A stretch of DNA of 41,657 bases from a virus (taxonomy: Duplodnaviria > Caudoviricetes): positions 1 to 41,657 of the IMG/VR virus record IMGVR_UViG_3300033148_006568; one strand, written 5' to 3'. Made by a program: the position numbers and the translations under genes. The notes beneath the pieces were generated by a model, which did no database searches, was not told the origin of the DNA, and saw only the letters and a list, made by a program, of their open reading frames with translations. Below, one piece after another: positions 8,953 through 16,467 of the stretch (positions are counted from its first letter, which is position 1; each line of letters starts with the position of its first letter).

Positions 8953-9165
8953 AAATGCTTCCCTTAACAGAAGTTAAAGGAAATTTGAAAATATAAAATG
9001 CAAAGTCACCAACTAAACGCCTTATTTATGGAAAGACCACCTGTAAAAGTTGCAACTTCCCAAATTTGTTCCGATTTGGTTTATGGTAAGTCTGGGAGCA
9101 TTGTTGGTGACCCCTCGTTCATAAAAACCATGGTTGCGAGGGTTATATTTTCAAACTACGCATTT
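8953..9165 (+). ncRNA. Highly structured, probably non-coding cargo of cassette B
   Basis: Nested stems 8984-8996/9143-9155, 9005-9013/9103-9111, 9112-9117/9137-9142, 9057-9066/9088-9097. Confidence 0.5.
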
Positions 9166-9213
9166 CAAAGTGTATCGGACAAAGGGAAAACTCAAGCAGA
9201 ACTTCGTTCTGTC

Positions 9214-9294
9214 GGTGAATATCCGTTTAGTAACTCAGCCCTTGCAGGACTTCGTCCGAATTTTGCTTCGCAAAACTCTACTAAACTAAATATT
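9214..9294. repeat. attC-like site 2
   Basis: GGTGAAT-ATCC-GTTTAGTA...TACTAAAC-TAAAT-ATT with CTTCG-loop hairpins. Confidence 0.75.
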
Positions 9295-9347
9295 CACAGC
9301 AGGAAGAACAAATTTAAAAAAATGCTCGTTAGAGAGGAGAAACTATT

Positions 9348-9656
9348 ATGAATCAAGAAACATCATCTTTCAAGAAAATAATTTGCACAAGCGAAGGAGA
9401 AAGACTTTGGTTTGCTGAAAAGTTTGAAGATAGCAAAACAAAAGTCTATGAAGTTTATAATCAAAGTAGAAATGAATTACTGGGGAAAATAGAAAGAGTG
9501 CGAAATGGAACTTGGATGCACTGGAGTTTTGTAATTCCTTTATACTTAATAATTGATTGTGCAAATAAAGAACAATTTTTAACATATAGTCCAGGATGTC
9601 TTGATGAAATTAGAGAATTTTGTAAAAAATTGAATGGGAGAAAGAAAGATGATTAA
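9348..9656 (+). CDS. Hypothetical protein; cassette C
   Basis: ORF track; SD GAGGAG upstream; bounded by cassette arms. Confidence 0.75.
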   Translation: MNQETSSFKKIICTSEGERLWFAEKFEDSKTKVYEVYNQSRNELLGKIERVRNGTWMHWSFVIPLYLIIDCANKEQFLTYSPGCLDEIREFCKKLNGRKKDD

Positions 9657-9680
9657 TAGTAATCGCATTTTTTTAAACTT

Positions 9681-9783
9681 CTGTGAATATCAGTTTAAAG
9701 GAAATTACAATAGTTTTTGTAATTTCCTAAATCCGTGCGATGTCGGACGGTATACCGCACGGACTTCTTTAAACGCCAATATT
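9681..9783. repeat. attC-like site 3
   Basis: CTGTGAAT-ATCA-GTTTAAAG...CTTTAAAC-GCCAAT-ATT with two internal hairpins. Confidence 0.75.
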
Positions 9784-9818
9784 AAACGAAATAAATGTGT
9801 CCGCCTCCCAGCGTTATA

Positions 9819-10781
9819 ATGGAAACCAATAAGATTTACAATATGGAATGTGTAGAGGGAATGAAACAGAAGATTCCTGACGATTCAATTAATTTAGTTA
9901 TCACTTCCCCACCTTATAATGTAGGAATTGATTATGATAGTTGGAATGATAAAATGGAATGGAATGACTATTTAGAATTTGCGAAAAATTGGCTTTCAGA
10001 AGTTTATCGCTGTTTAAAGAAAGATGGAAGAATTGCCTTAAACATTCCTTATGAAATTAATGTTATGGAAAGAGGGGGCAGAATTTTCATCGTTGCTGAA
10101 TACTGGAAGATAATGCAAGAAGTTGGATTTAAGTTTGCAGGAATAGTTGATTTACAAGAAATCCAACCTCAACGAGTAAAATTAACTGCTTGGGGAAGTT
10201 GGCTTAAAGCATCTGCCCCATATATTTATAATCCAAAGGAATGTGTTATAATTGCTTACAAAGAAGAGTGGAAGAAACAAGGCGACGGCAATTCTTATTT
10301 TACTGACAGCGATAAACACAAAGAAGAATTTAAAGAACTTGTTTACGGAATGTGGAAATATAGAGCCGAAACAAGAGGATTAACAAAAGCCAATTTTTCT
10401 TATGACATTCCATTAAAAGCATTAAAGATTTTATCATTCCAAGAAGATATTGTCCTTGACCCATTTATAGGAAGTGGAACAACCGCAGAAGCGTGTATAA
10501 GATTGAATCGTCAGTATATTGGTTTTGAAATTAGTAAATCTTATTGTAATACTATGAAATGTAGAACTGAACAGGAGAGACTATCGGCGGACACATTTAC
10601 TCAAAATCCTACGGATTTTGGTTCGGATAAACCGAACTCGTTTAATATGGGTGATAAGGTTACGGCTACGCCTTCACCCAAATTAAAACAAGAAGTTTTA
10701 ACTTCTCATCACCCAAATATTAAATCCAATTTTGATTTGATGCTCCAAGCGGGGTTCAACAAACCAGAGGTTAAAAAATGA
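9819..10781 (+). CDS. N6/N4 DNA methyltransferase (beta class); cassette D
   Basis: TSPPY catalytic motif precedes VLDPFIGSGTT; probable start METNK at 9819; C-terminal tail reads through site 4. Confidence 0.9.
   Translation: METNKIYNMECVEGMKQKIPDDSINLVITSPPYNVGIDYDSWNDKMEWNDYLEFAKNWLSEVYRCLKKDGRIALNIPYEINVMERGGRIFIVAEYWKIMQEVGFKFAGIVDLQEIQPQRVKLTAWGSWLKASAPYIYNPKECVIIAYKEEWKKQGDGNSYFTDSDKHKEEFKELVYGMWKYRAETRGLTKANFSYDIPLKALKILSFQEDIVLDPFIGSGTTAEACIRLNRQYIGFEISKSYCNTMKCRTEQERLSADTFTQNPTDFGSDKPNSFNMGDKVTATPSPKLKQEVLTSHHPNIKSNFDLMLQAGFNKPEVKK
10638..10721. repeat. attC-like site 4
   Basis: TCGTTTAAT-ATGG-GTGATAAG...CTCATCAC-CCAAAT-ATT; closely related to site 7. Confidence 0.8.
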
Positions 10782-11335
10782 CAAAAGAAAAATTCATATT
10801 AGATGCTTGTTGTGGGGGAAGAATGTTTTGGAAGAACAAAAATCATCCTAACGCAATCTATCAAGATATAAGAAAAGATGTTCTTCCACTTAAAGAACAA
10901 TATGGTATGAATTTTTCAGTTGAACCTTCACACATAGGGGATTTTAGAAAAATGGTTTTTGAAGATAAAAGTTTTAAGATGGTTATTTTTGACCCTTCTC
11001 ATTTAATGTTAAATAAAACTGCTTGGATGGCTAAGAAATATGGAACTATAAAAGATACTGATTATAAAGCAGACCTCCAAGCAGGATTTAAAGAATGTTG
11101 GAGGGTTCTTGATAATTATGGAACTTTAATCTTCAAATGGAATGACCAATCTGTAACTATAGAGAAAATAAAACCATTTTTCCCAGACGAACCAATTATT
11201 TTTAATAGAGTTGGGACAAAAGGGAAAACTACTTACTGGTTCGTCTTTATGAAAATCCCAAAAAGTATGGAGCAACTAATCGCATCAAATCAAAACTCGC
11301 CTTCGGCGTCCTCTAATGAGGAGGACTTAATATGA
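10778..11335 (+). CDS. Small phage-type SAM-dependent DNA methyltransferase; cassette E
   Basis: ILDACCGGRMFW (motif I), FDPSH (variant of DPPH), ECWRVL..GTLIFKW. Confidence 0.85.
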   Translation: MTKEKFILDACCGGRMFWKNKNHPNAIYQDIRKDVLPLKEQYGMNFSVEPSHIGDFRKMVFEDKSFKMVIFDPSHLMLNKTAWMAKKYGTIKDTDYKADLQAGFKECWRVLDNYGTLIFKWNDQSVTIEKIKPFFPDEPIIFNRVGTKGKTTYWFVFMKIPKSMEQLIASNQNSPSASSNEEDLI

Positions 11336-11403
11336 GTTATAAGACTACGCTTCGCTCCGTCCATATTTTCTCTGACGAGAAAACATCTCATCACTCTAAT
11401 ATT
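11323..11403. repeat. attC-like site 5
   Basis: GGACTTAAT-ATGA-GTTATAAG...CTCATCAC-TCTAAT-ATT. Confidence 0.8.
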
Positions 11404-11450
11404 AAATCCAATCGGAAGGAGTTGCTCCAAGCAGGGAGATTAGAATAAAA

Positions 11451-11996
11451 ATGGTTAAAACAAAACAAAAAATAAAATTTGAAAGAATAGTTAAATTTTC
11501 TCAACCCTTCGATAAACGAAGTGATATTAGAGGAGAAAATTATGGAATTGGTTCAATGAGAATTTGGTTTATTTTAAAAGGAAGACATGGTGCAGTTCAA
11601 GTTTGTTTTAATACACCTTTTTATTTACCAAAAACTATTGATGAATATAAAAGAATTGGAAATAAAAATAAAACAATTCCATCAGATATAAGAGATGAAG
11701 ATGGAAAAGCTAAAGGTTTTGATTGTTGGGATGTTGGGTATCATAGTCCTAAACCAATGTTTGAAGGACAAACAAAAACTGATTGTGACCTACTAAGAAA
11801 AGGTTTTTGTTATTATGATGGAAGTGGATTAAGGGGAAATAATGATGGGTTGCCCGAATTGTTTTATGAAAAAGGTGATGAAGCAATTTGGGAATACTTA
11901 GAAGATTATTATTATGAGATATTTAATATTGAGCAACTAATCACAACTCCTTCCGACTCTGCTACGCAGTCCGATAAATCGGAGGATTTAATATGA
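11451..11996 (+). CDS. Hypothetical protein; cassette F
   Basis: ORF track; DVGYHSPKP..C..CYYDGS motif; ends EDLI* inside the site. Confidence 0.8.
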   Translation: MVKTKQKIKFERIVKFSQPFDKRSDIRGENYGIGSMRIWFILKGRHGAVQVCFNTPFYLPKTIDEYKRIGNKNKTIPSDIRDEDGKAKGFDCWDVGYHSPKPMFEGQTKTDCDLLRKGFCYYDGSGLRGNNDGLPELFYEKGDEAIWEYLEDYYYEIFNIEQLITTPSDSATQSDKSEDLI

Positions 11997-12060
11997 ATTT
12001 AATCACTCGTTACACTCGTCCCAATTTTCACTTCGTGAAAACTGAATTAAATCCTTAATT
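11984..12060. repeat. attC-like site 6
   Basis: GGATTTAAT-ATGA-ATTTAAT...ATTAAAT-CCTTA-ATT. Confidence 0.7.
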
Positions 12061-12122
12061 AAATCCAATTCAGACGGGGGGTTCCAAACTTTGAGCAACT
12101 CTGTGGAAGTTGGGAGAAACTA

Positions 12123-12317
12123 ATGGCAATAAAATATAAAACAACTAAAAAAAGAATACAATTAAGAAGAAAAATGAAATGTTCAAATCCAAAATGCAAT
12201 AAGGAAATAGATAAATATCTTGATGGCAATGAAGATGCAGAAGGAAATAAATATTGTGCAGATTGTATTGCTAAACTACAACTTATTGTAAAACAAACAG
12301 GAGAATACTATGATTAA
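12123..12317 (+). CDS. Small Zn-finger-like protein; cassette G
   Basis: CSNPKC...YCADC; leader GGGAGAAACTAATG. Confidence 0.65.
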   Translation: MAIKYKTTKKRIQLRRKMKCSNPKCNKEIDKYLDGNEDAEGNKYCADCIAKLQLIVKQTGEYYD

Positions 12318-12401
12318 GGAGTATTATAAAACGATACTATATATGATTATATATGAAAATCAAGAAAAACTAAAATTCGGAGAAGTTGTATATAACCATA
12401 T

Positions 12402-13103
12402 ATGAAAATGAAAAAATATAAAACAATATTAGCAGACCCATGTTGGCAACAAAAAATGGCAGGAAAGTATGCTACAAGGCATAAAAGAATTAGAAATCTT
12501 CCTTATCCAACTATGAGTGTAGAAGAAATTAAAAAACTTCCAGTAGGTGAATTAGCAGAAGAAGGATGTCATTTATGGTTGTGGACTACAAACCAATTTT
12601 TGAAAGAAGCATTTGAAGTTATGGAATCATGGGGTTTTAAATATCTTTCAACAATCACATGGGTTAAACCATCAGGTTGTGGGAATTGGTTTGTGTCAAG
12701 AACACAACATTGTTTATTTGGTTATAAGGATAAATGTAAGTTTAATAAAGAGAGATATAAACCAACTGTATTCTTTGCTAATATTCCAAAAAGACATTCA
12801 GAGAAACCAATAGAATTTTATGATTTAATTGAGAGTATATCTTCTGAAAAGAGATTAGAATTATTTGCAAGAAACAAAAGAGAAGGATGGGATGCTTGGG
12901 GAAATGAAGTAAAAAGCGATGTTCAACTATCACCCCCCGTCAGAACTTCGGAAGAACCGACTTTGGAAAAACCAAAGGGATTTAATATGGGTGATAAAGT
13001 TACGGCTACGCCTTCACCCAAATCGCCTTCGGCGACTTCTCATCACCCTAATATTAGGAGAAATTCGGGCACACCCCTTAAAAGTATGGAGCAACTAAAA
13101 TGA
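12402..13103 (+). CDS. MT-A70 family N6-adenine methyltransferase; cassette G
   Basis: ILADPCW (DPPW variant), YPTM, LWLWTTN, WGF, HSEKP, ELFAR..GWDAWGNE. Confidence 0.9.
   Translation: MKMKKYKTILADPCWQQKMAGKYATRHKRIRNLPYPTMSVEEIKKLPVGELAEEGCHLWLWTTNQFLKEAFEVMESWGFKYLSTITWVKPSGCGNWFVSRTQHCLFGYKDKCKFNKERYKPTVFFANIPKRHSEKPIEFYDLIESISSEKRLELFARNKREGWDAWGNEVKSDVQLSPPVRTSEEPTLEKPKGFNMGDKVTATPSPKSPSATSHHPNIRRNSGTPLKSMEQLK
12978..13055. repeat. attC-like site 7
   Basis: GGATTTAAT-ATGG-GTGATAAAG...CTCATCAC-CCTAAT-ATT. Confidence 0.8.
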
Positions 13104-14158
13104 AAGATAAATTATTAAATGAAATGATTGAAAAGAAGTTTATCTCTGTCCAGAAACATCTAACAGAAGATTTATTTATTTATAATTATACAAAAAATGC
13201 TCAATATAAATGGATTTGGAATGAAGCAACAAAAAAATGTAGAGGATTAATTTTAAATTCTTCTATGAAAATAATTTCTAATCCTTTTGAGAAGTTCTTT
13301 AATTTGGAAGAATTAGATAATAAAAAACAGAAAATTCCAAATGAGTCTTTTGAAGTTTATGAAAAGGTTGATGGTTCTTTGGGGATTTTATATTGGATAG
13401 GAGATATTCCAATGATTGCAACTCGTGGTTCTTTTGTTTCAGAACAAGCACAAGAAGGGACTAAAATGCTTTTAGAAAAATATAAAGATACTTGGAATAA
13501 ATTAGATAAATCAAAAACTTATCTATTCGAAATTATTTATCCAGAAAACAGAATTGTTATAGATTATGGAGATTTGAAGGAATTAAAACTACTTGCAATT
13601 AAAGATACTAAAACAGGAAATGAATTGCCTTTAGAAAATATTGGTTTCCCAATTGTAAAAAGATTTGATGAAATAGAAGATTTTAGGAAATTAAAAGAAT
13701 TAGAAGACTTAGAAGAAGAAAATAAAGAAGGTTTTGTGATTAAATTTAAATCAGGATTTAGAATGAAAGTAAAATTTGAAGAATATAAGAGATTACACAG
13801 AATCTTTACAAATATTTCAAATAAGTCTGTCTGGGAAATACTTAAAGATGGAGGGGATTTTAAAGAAATAATAGAAAGAGTTCCAGATGAATTTTTTGAT
13901 TGGTTAAATAAAACAAGAGAAGATTTGTTAAGAAAATATAAACAAATAGAAAATATTTCAAAAGAACAATATCGTAGCTCAGAAGAATTTAATTCAATGC
14001 AAAAGTTTGCAGAATATACTTTAAAACAATCTTATCCAACAATTTTATTTAAAATGAAGAATCGGAAAGATTATTCAGAATTTATTTGGAAAATAATAAA
14101 ACCAACATATTCTAAACCATTCAAAAGAGATATAGATGAGATGGAGGAACAGAAATGA
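13100..14158 (+). CDS. T4 Rnl1-like RNA ligase; cassette H
   Basis: CRGLI, PFEKFFN, EKVDGS (motif I), TRGSF, FEII, EGFVIK, KVKFEEY. Confidence 0.9.
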   Translation: MKDKLLNEMIEKKFISVQKHLTEDLFIYNYTKNAQYKWIWNEATKKCRGLILNSSMKIISNPFEKFFNLEELDNKKQKIPNESFEVYEKVDGSLGILYWIGDIPMIATRGSFVSEQAQEGTKMLLEKYKDTWNKLDKSKTYLFEIIYPENRIVIDYGDLKELKLLAIKDTKTGNELPLENIGFPIVKRFDEIEDFRKLKELEDLEEENKEGFVIKFKSGFRMKVKFEEYKRLHRIFTNISNKSVWEILKDGGDFKEIIERVPDEFFDWLNKTREDLLRKYKQIENISKEQYRSSEEFNSMQKFAEYTLKQSYPTILFKMKNRKDYSEFIWKIIKPTYSKPFKRDIDEMEEQK

Positions 14159-14216
14159 TTTGTGCAACTAAACGGGGTGTGTCCGAACTCAAATGATAAA
14201 TCATTTGCCCTACGGG

Positions 14217-14291
14217 TCTGATAATATGGATTTAAAGAAAACAGGAAGTTTTCCAAATTCAACTTCGTTGAACCTCTTTAAATCAAATATT
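14217..14291. repeat. attC-like site 8
   Basis: TCTGATAAT-ATGG-ATTTAAAG...CTTTAAAT-CAAAT-ATT. Confidence 0.75.
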
Positions 14292-14336
14292 TCACAGACT
14301 TCGTCCAAATTTAAAAAAATGCTCCACAGCTAAAAA

Positions 14337-14531
14337 ATGAATAAATTAGAACAAAAAATAAAAAATGAGAAATATGAAAAAATAGATAAATTTATGGGCT
14401 TTGAAATTTATAAAAAAGGAAATCATAGAATCCTTGTAAGAAAAGATAAAGATCCAATAGAATATGTAGTTAATAAAGTTAAATCAAATTGTGAAAGATA
14501 TTTAAAGGAAATTTATAAAAAATGGAAATAA
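14337..14531 (+). CDS. Hypothetical protein
   Basis: ORF track; follows a cassette-type 5' arm. Confidence 0.55.
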   Translation: MNKLEQKIKNEKYEKIDKFMGFEIYKKGNHRILVRKDKDPIEYVVNKVKSNCERYLKEIYKKWK

Positions 14532-14719
14532 TATTAGATATTGGAAAAGAAGTAGTAAATTCATCTTGTTTAAATTTTTCTTTTATTCCTTTTGTGCTAA
14601 TTTCAATGGTTCTTCCAATGATTTTGATTTTTGTTTTTGACAAAGAAACAGATGGTTCTGGGTTTGGATTTATTGGAAGATTAATATTTAAAATATTTGG
14701 GAGAGAGAATGAAAAATAA
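14522..14719 (+). CDS. Small membrane protein
   Basis: ORF track; one hydrophobic helix. Confidence 0.5.
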   Translation: MEIILDIGKEVVNSSCLNFSFIPFVLISMVLPMILIFVFDKETDGSGFGFIGRLIFKIFGRENEK

Positions 14720-14832
14720 AAATGTCGTGATTTTATAGGTATTATTAATTTTATCAGTTGCACAAATGGACTATAAAACGCAAGATTTATAAACAATCTC
14801 TTATTAAAAAAGTTAAGATAATTGCATAAAAA

Positions 14833-15423
14833 ATGGCACAAAAGAGAATTGATTACATAAGTTTTGAAGAATTTAGGAAATTATATTCGGCAGAGAAAAA
14901 TAAAAAAATGAAATTAATTATTCTTCTTGGGTTTGGTTCTGGATTAAGAATAAGTGAAATTATTGGATACCAAAGAAAGTTTAAAAGAAAAACAAATAAG
15001 GAAACAAAACAAATAGAATTTATTACAGATCATTCTAAAATTCCCGCATTAAAAAAGGAAATGGTTTTTTTAAAAGACCATCAAATAAGATTAGATGATG
15101 GTAAGGGTGGAAAGTGGAGGACAACAGTAACTCCTCCAGCATTAACAGAACCAATGTTGAATTTACTTCCAATAAAAATTCCAAGAAGAACCATTCAATA
15201 TAAATTTGAACAATTAAGTAAAAAAGTTCTTGGAAAGAGAATGTCAATACATACTTTAAGACATGGATTTGGAAATTACCAGGTTAATGTTTTAAGAGTT
15301 CCACTTCCCATTGTTCAACAACTTATGGGTCACTCAAGATTAGATACTACCGGAATTTATACTAAAGCAAATCCAGAACAAGCTATTGCTGAAAGTTGGA
15401 AAGCTATGGAGGGAAGAAAATGA
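14833..15423 (+). CDS. Tyrosine recombinase (catalytic domain only)
   Basis: GLRISE (R), KGGK (K), HTLRH (HxxR), LMGHS (H), TGIY (Y); 196 aa, no N-terminal binding domain. Confidence 0.92.
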   Translation: MAQKRIDYISFEEFRKLYSAEKNKKMKLIILLGFGSGLRISEIIGYQRKFKRKTNKETKQIEFITDHSKIPALKKEMVFLKDHQIRLDDGKGGKWRTTVTPPALTEPMLNLLPIKIPRRTIQYKFEQLSKKVLGKRMSIHTLRHGFGNYQVNVLRVPLPIVQQLMGHSRLDTTGIYTKANPEQAIAESWKAMEGRK

Positions 15424-15646
15424 AAAACCATATTTTCTGTAAGTGGAGGTTTTTTTAAATAACTAAAAAATGATTAACATAACAGGAATTATTTCAGGAA
15501 TCATATTTTGTATAGCTTGTGTTTTATTTATTATGTGGGTTAAAAATTTTTGTGATACTAATGATTGGAGTAAAGGTAAAAAAATAAAAAATGAAACAGA
15601 TAAAATTAAAAAAATTCGTAATTATTGAAAGGAGGTGAATTAAAAA

Positions 15647-16033
15647 ATGGGTTTTTTAACAAAAAATAAAAAAGTAACCAAAGAACCAGCTGAAGAAGAA
15701 GTTGTTGAAGAAGAAGTTGAAGAAAAAAATGAAGAAGATAAGGTTGAAGAAGAAACTGAAAAAAAGGAAAAACAAAAAACAAAGACAGTTGTTGTAAAAG
15801 AACAAGAGCCCCCAATAATTTGGCAAATGTTTATGGTTTTAATTGTTTCAATAATTATTGCTATTGGAATGGCTTTTCCATTTTGGATTTTTGGATTTAA
15901 ATTACCAAGTGATTTTGTTGGTGAGATTGTATTTGTAGTTTTGTTTATGGGTAGTTTTACTCTAAGTGTTGTTATTTCTTCATTTATAGTTTATTCAAAT
16001 CCTTTCAAAAAGAATCAAAAGGAGGTAAATTAA
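15647..16033 (+). CDS. Acidic N-terminus plus two-TM membrane protein
   Basis: SD GGAGGTGA; N-terminus duplicated in the next gene. Confidence 0.75.
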   Translation: MGFLTKNKKVTKEPAEEEVVEEEVEEKNEEDKVEEETEKKEKQKTKTVVVKEQEPPIIWQMFMVLIVSIIIAIGMAFPFWIFGFKLPSDFVGEIVFVVLFMGSFTLSVVISSFIVYSNPFKKNQKEVN

Positions 16034-16035
16034 AA

Positions 16036-16320
16036 ATGGGTTTTTTAACAAAAAATAAAAAAGTAATAAAAAAAGTAACCAAAGAACCAGCTGAAGAAGA
16101 AGTTGTTGAAGAAGAGGAAGTTGTTGAAGAAGAAGTTGAAGAAAAAAATGAAGAAGATAAGGTTGAAGAAGAAACTGAAAAAAAGGAAAAACAAAAAACA
16201 AAGACAGTTGTTGTAAAAGAACTACCAACCCAAGTTGTCAGAGAAACAACTGCCGAAGATGGAACATTAATATATTTCATGACAGTTGAAGAAGCACTTA
16301 CACAAGCTATTAACTTATAA
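16036..16320 (+). CDS. Acidic protein sharing its N-terminus with 15647
   Basis: SD GGAGGT; DNA duplication about 15628-15803 / 16018-16222. Confidence 0.75.
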   Translation: MGFLTKNKKVIKKVTKEPAEEEVVEEEEVVEEEVEEKNEEDKVEEETEKKEKQKTKTVVVKELPTQVVRETTAEDGTLIYFMTVEEALTQAINL

Positions 16321-16321
16321 A

Positions 16322-16465
16322 ATGTTTGGTTTCAGTAAATCATTTGCTATCTGTATTTTAATCGCAGTGATTTTTTCATTTGGATTAAGAACTGCATGGA
16401 TTGGTGTGCAGATAGTAATGGTTTATGCAATGTTTAGAATAGTATGGAACATATTAACAAAATAA
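16322..16465 (+). CDS. Small membrane protein (47 aa)
   Basis: Read by hand: MFGFSKSFAICILIAVIFSFGLRTAWIGVQIVMVYAMFRIVWNILTK. Confidence 0.5.
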   Translation: MFGFSKSFAICILIAVIFSFGLRTAWIGVQIVMVYAMFRIVWNILTK

Positions 16466-16467
16466 CA

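Larger units (their letters stand above)
8321..14291 (+). mobile_element. Integron-like array of eight gene cassettes with non-canonical attC-like sites
   Basis: Cassettes 8321-8894, 8895-9291, 9292-9780, 9781-10718, 10719-11400, 11401-12057, 12058-13052, 13053-14288. Each starts at ATT and its first ~25-35 nt are complementary to its own 3' end. Confidence 0.8.

Noticed and set aside
8998-9351. 117-aa ORF as a real protein
   Set aside because: No SD, atypical composition, and it overlaps strong stems and site 2. It could be a read-through leader but is not supported as a protein gene.
9634-9819. 61-aa ORF across site 3, and the MCPPPSVI extension of the methyltransferase
   Set aside because: Both consist largely of site or arm sequence; METNK at 9819 is the likelier start.
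8817-14291. Repeats as a CRISPR array or as simple terminators/REP elements
   Set aside because: Spacing is gene-sized and the repeats vary in sequence. There are no U-tracts and ORFs read through. Cassette-specific pairing between distant ends is not explained by stand-alone hairpins.
8321-14291. Cassettes as IS/MITE elements with terminal inverted repeats
   Set aside because: No transposase or target-site duplications were seen, the arms differ for each unit, and the units abut precisely at a shared hairpin core.
14833-15423. Calling the recombinase intI or xerC/xerA, or locating a tRNA-derived attP
   Set aside because: No IntI-specific insertion or N-terminal domain is visible, and no tRNA fragment was found; the family cannot be fixed by eye.
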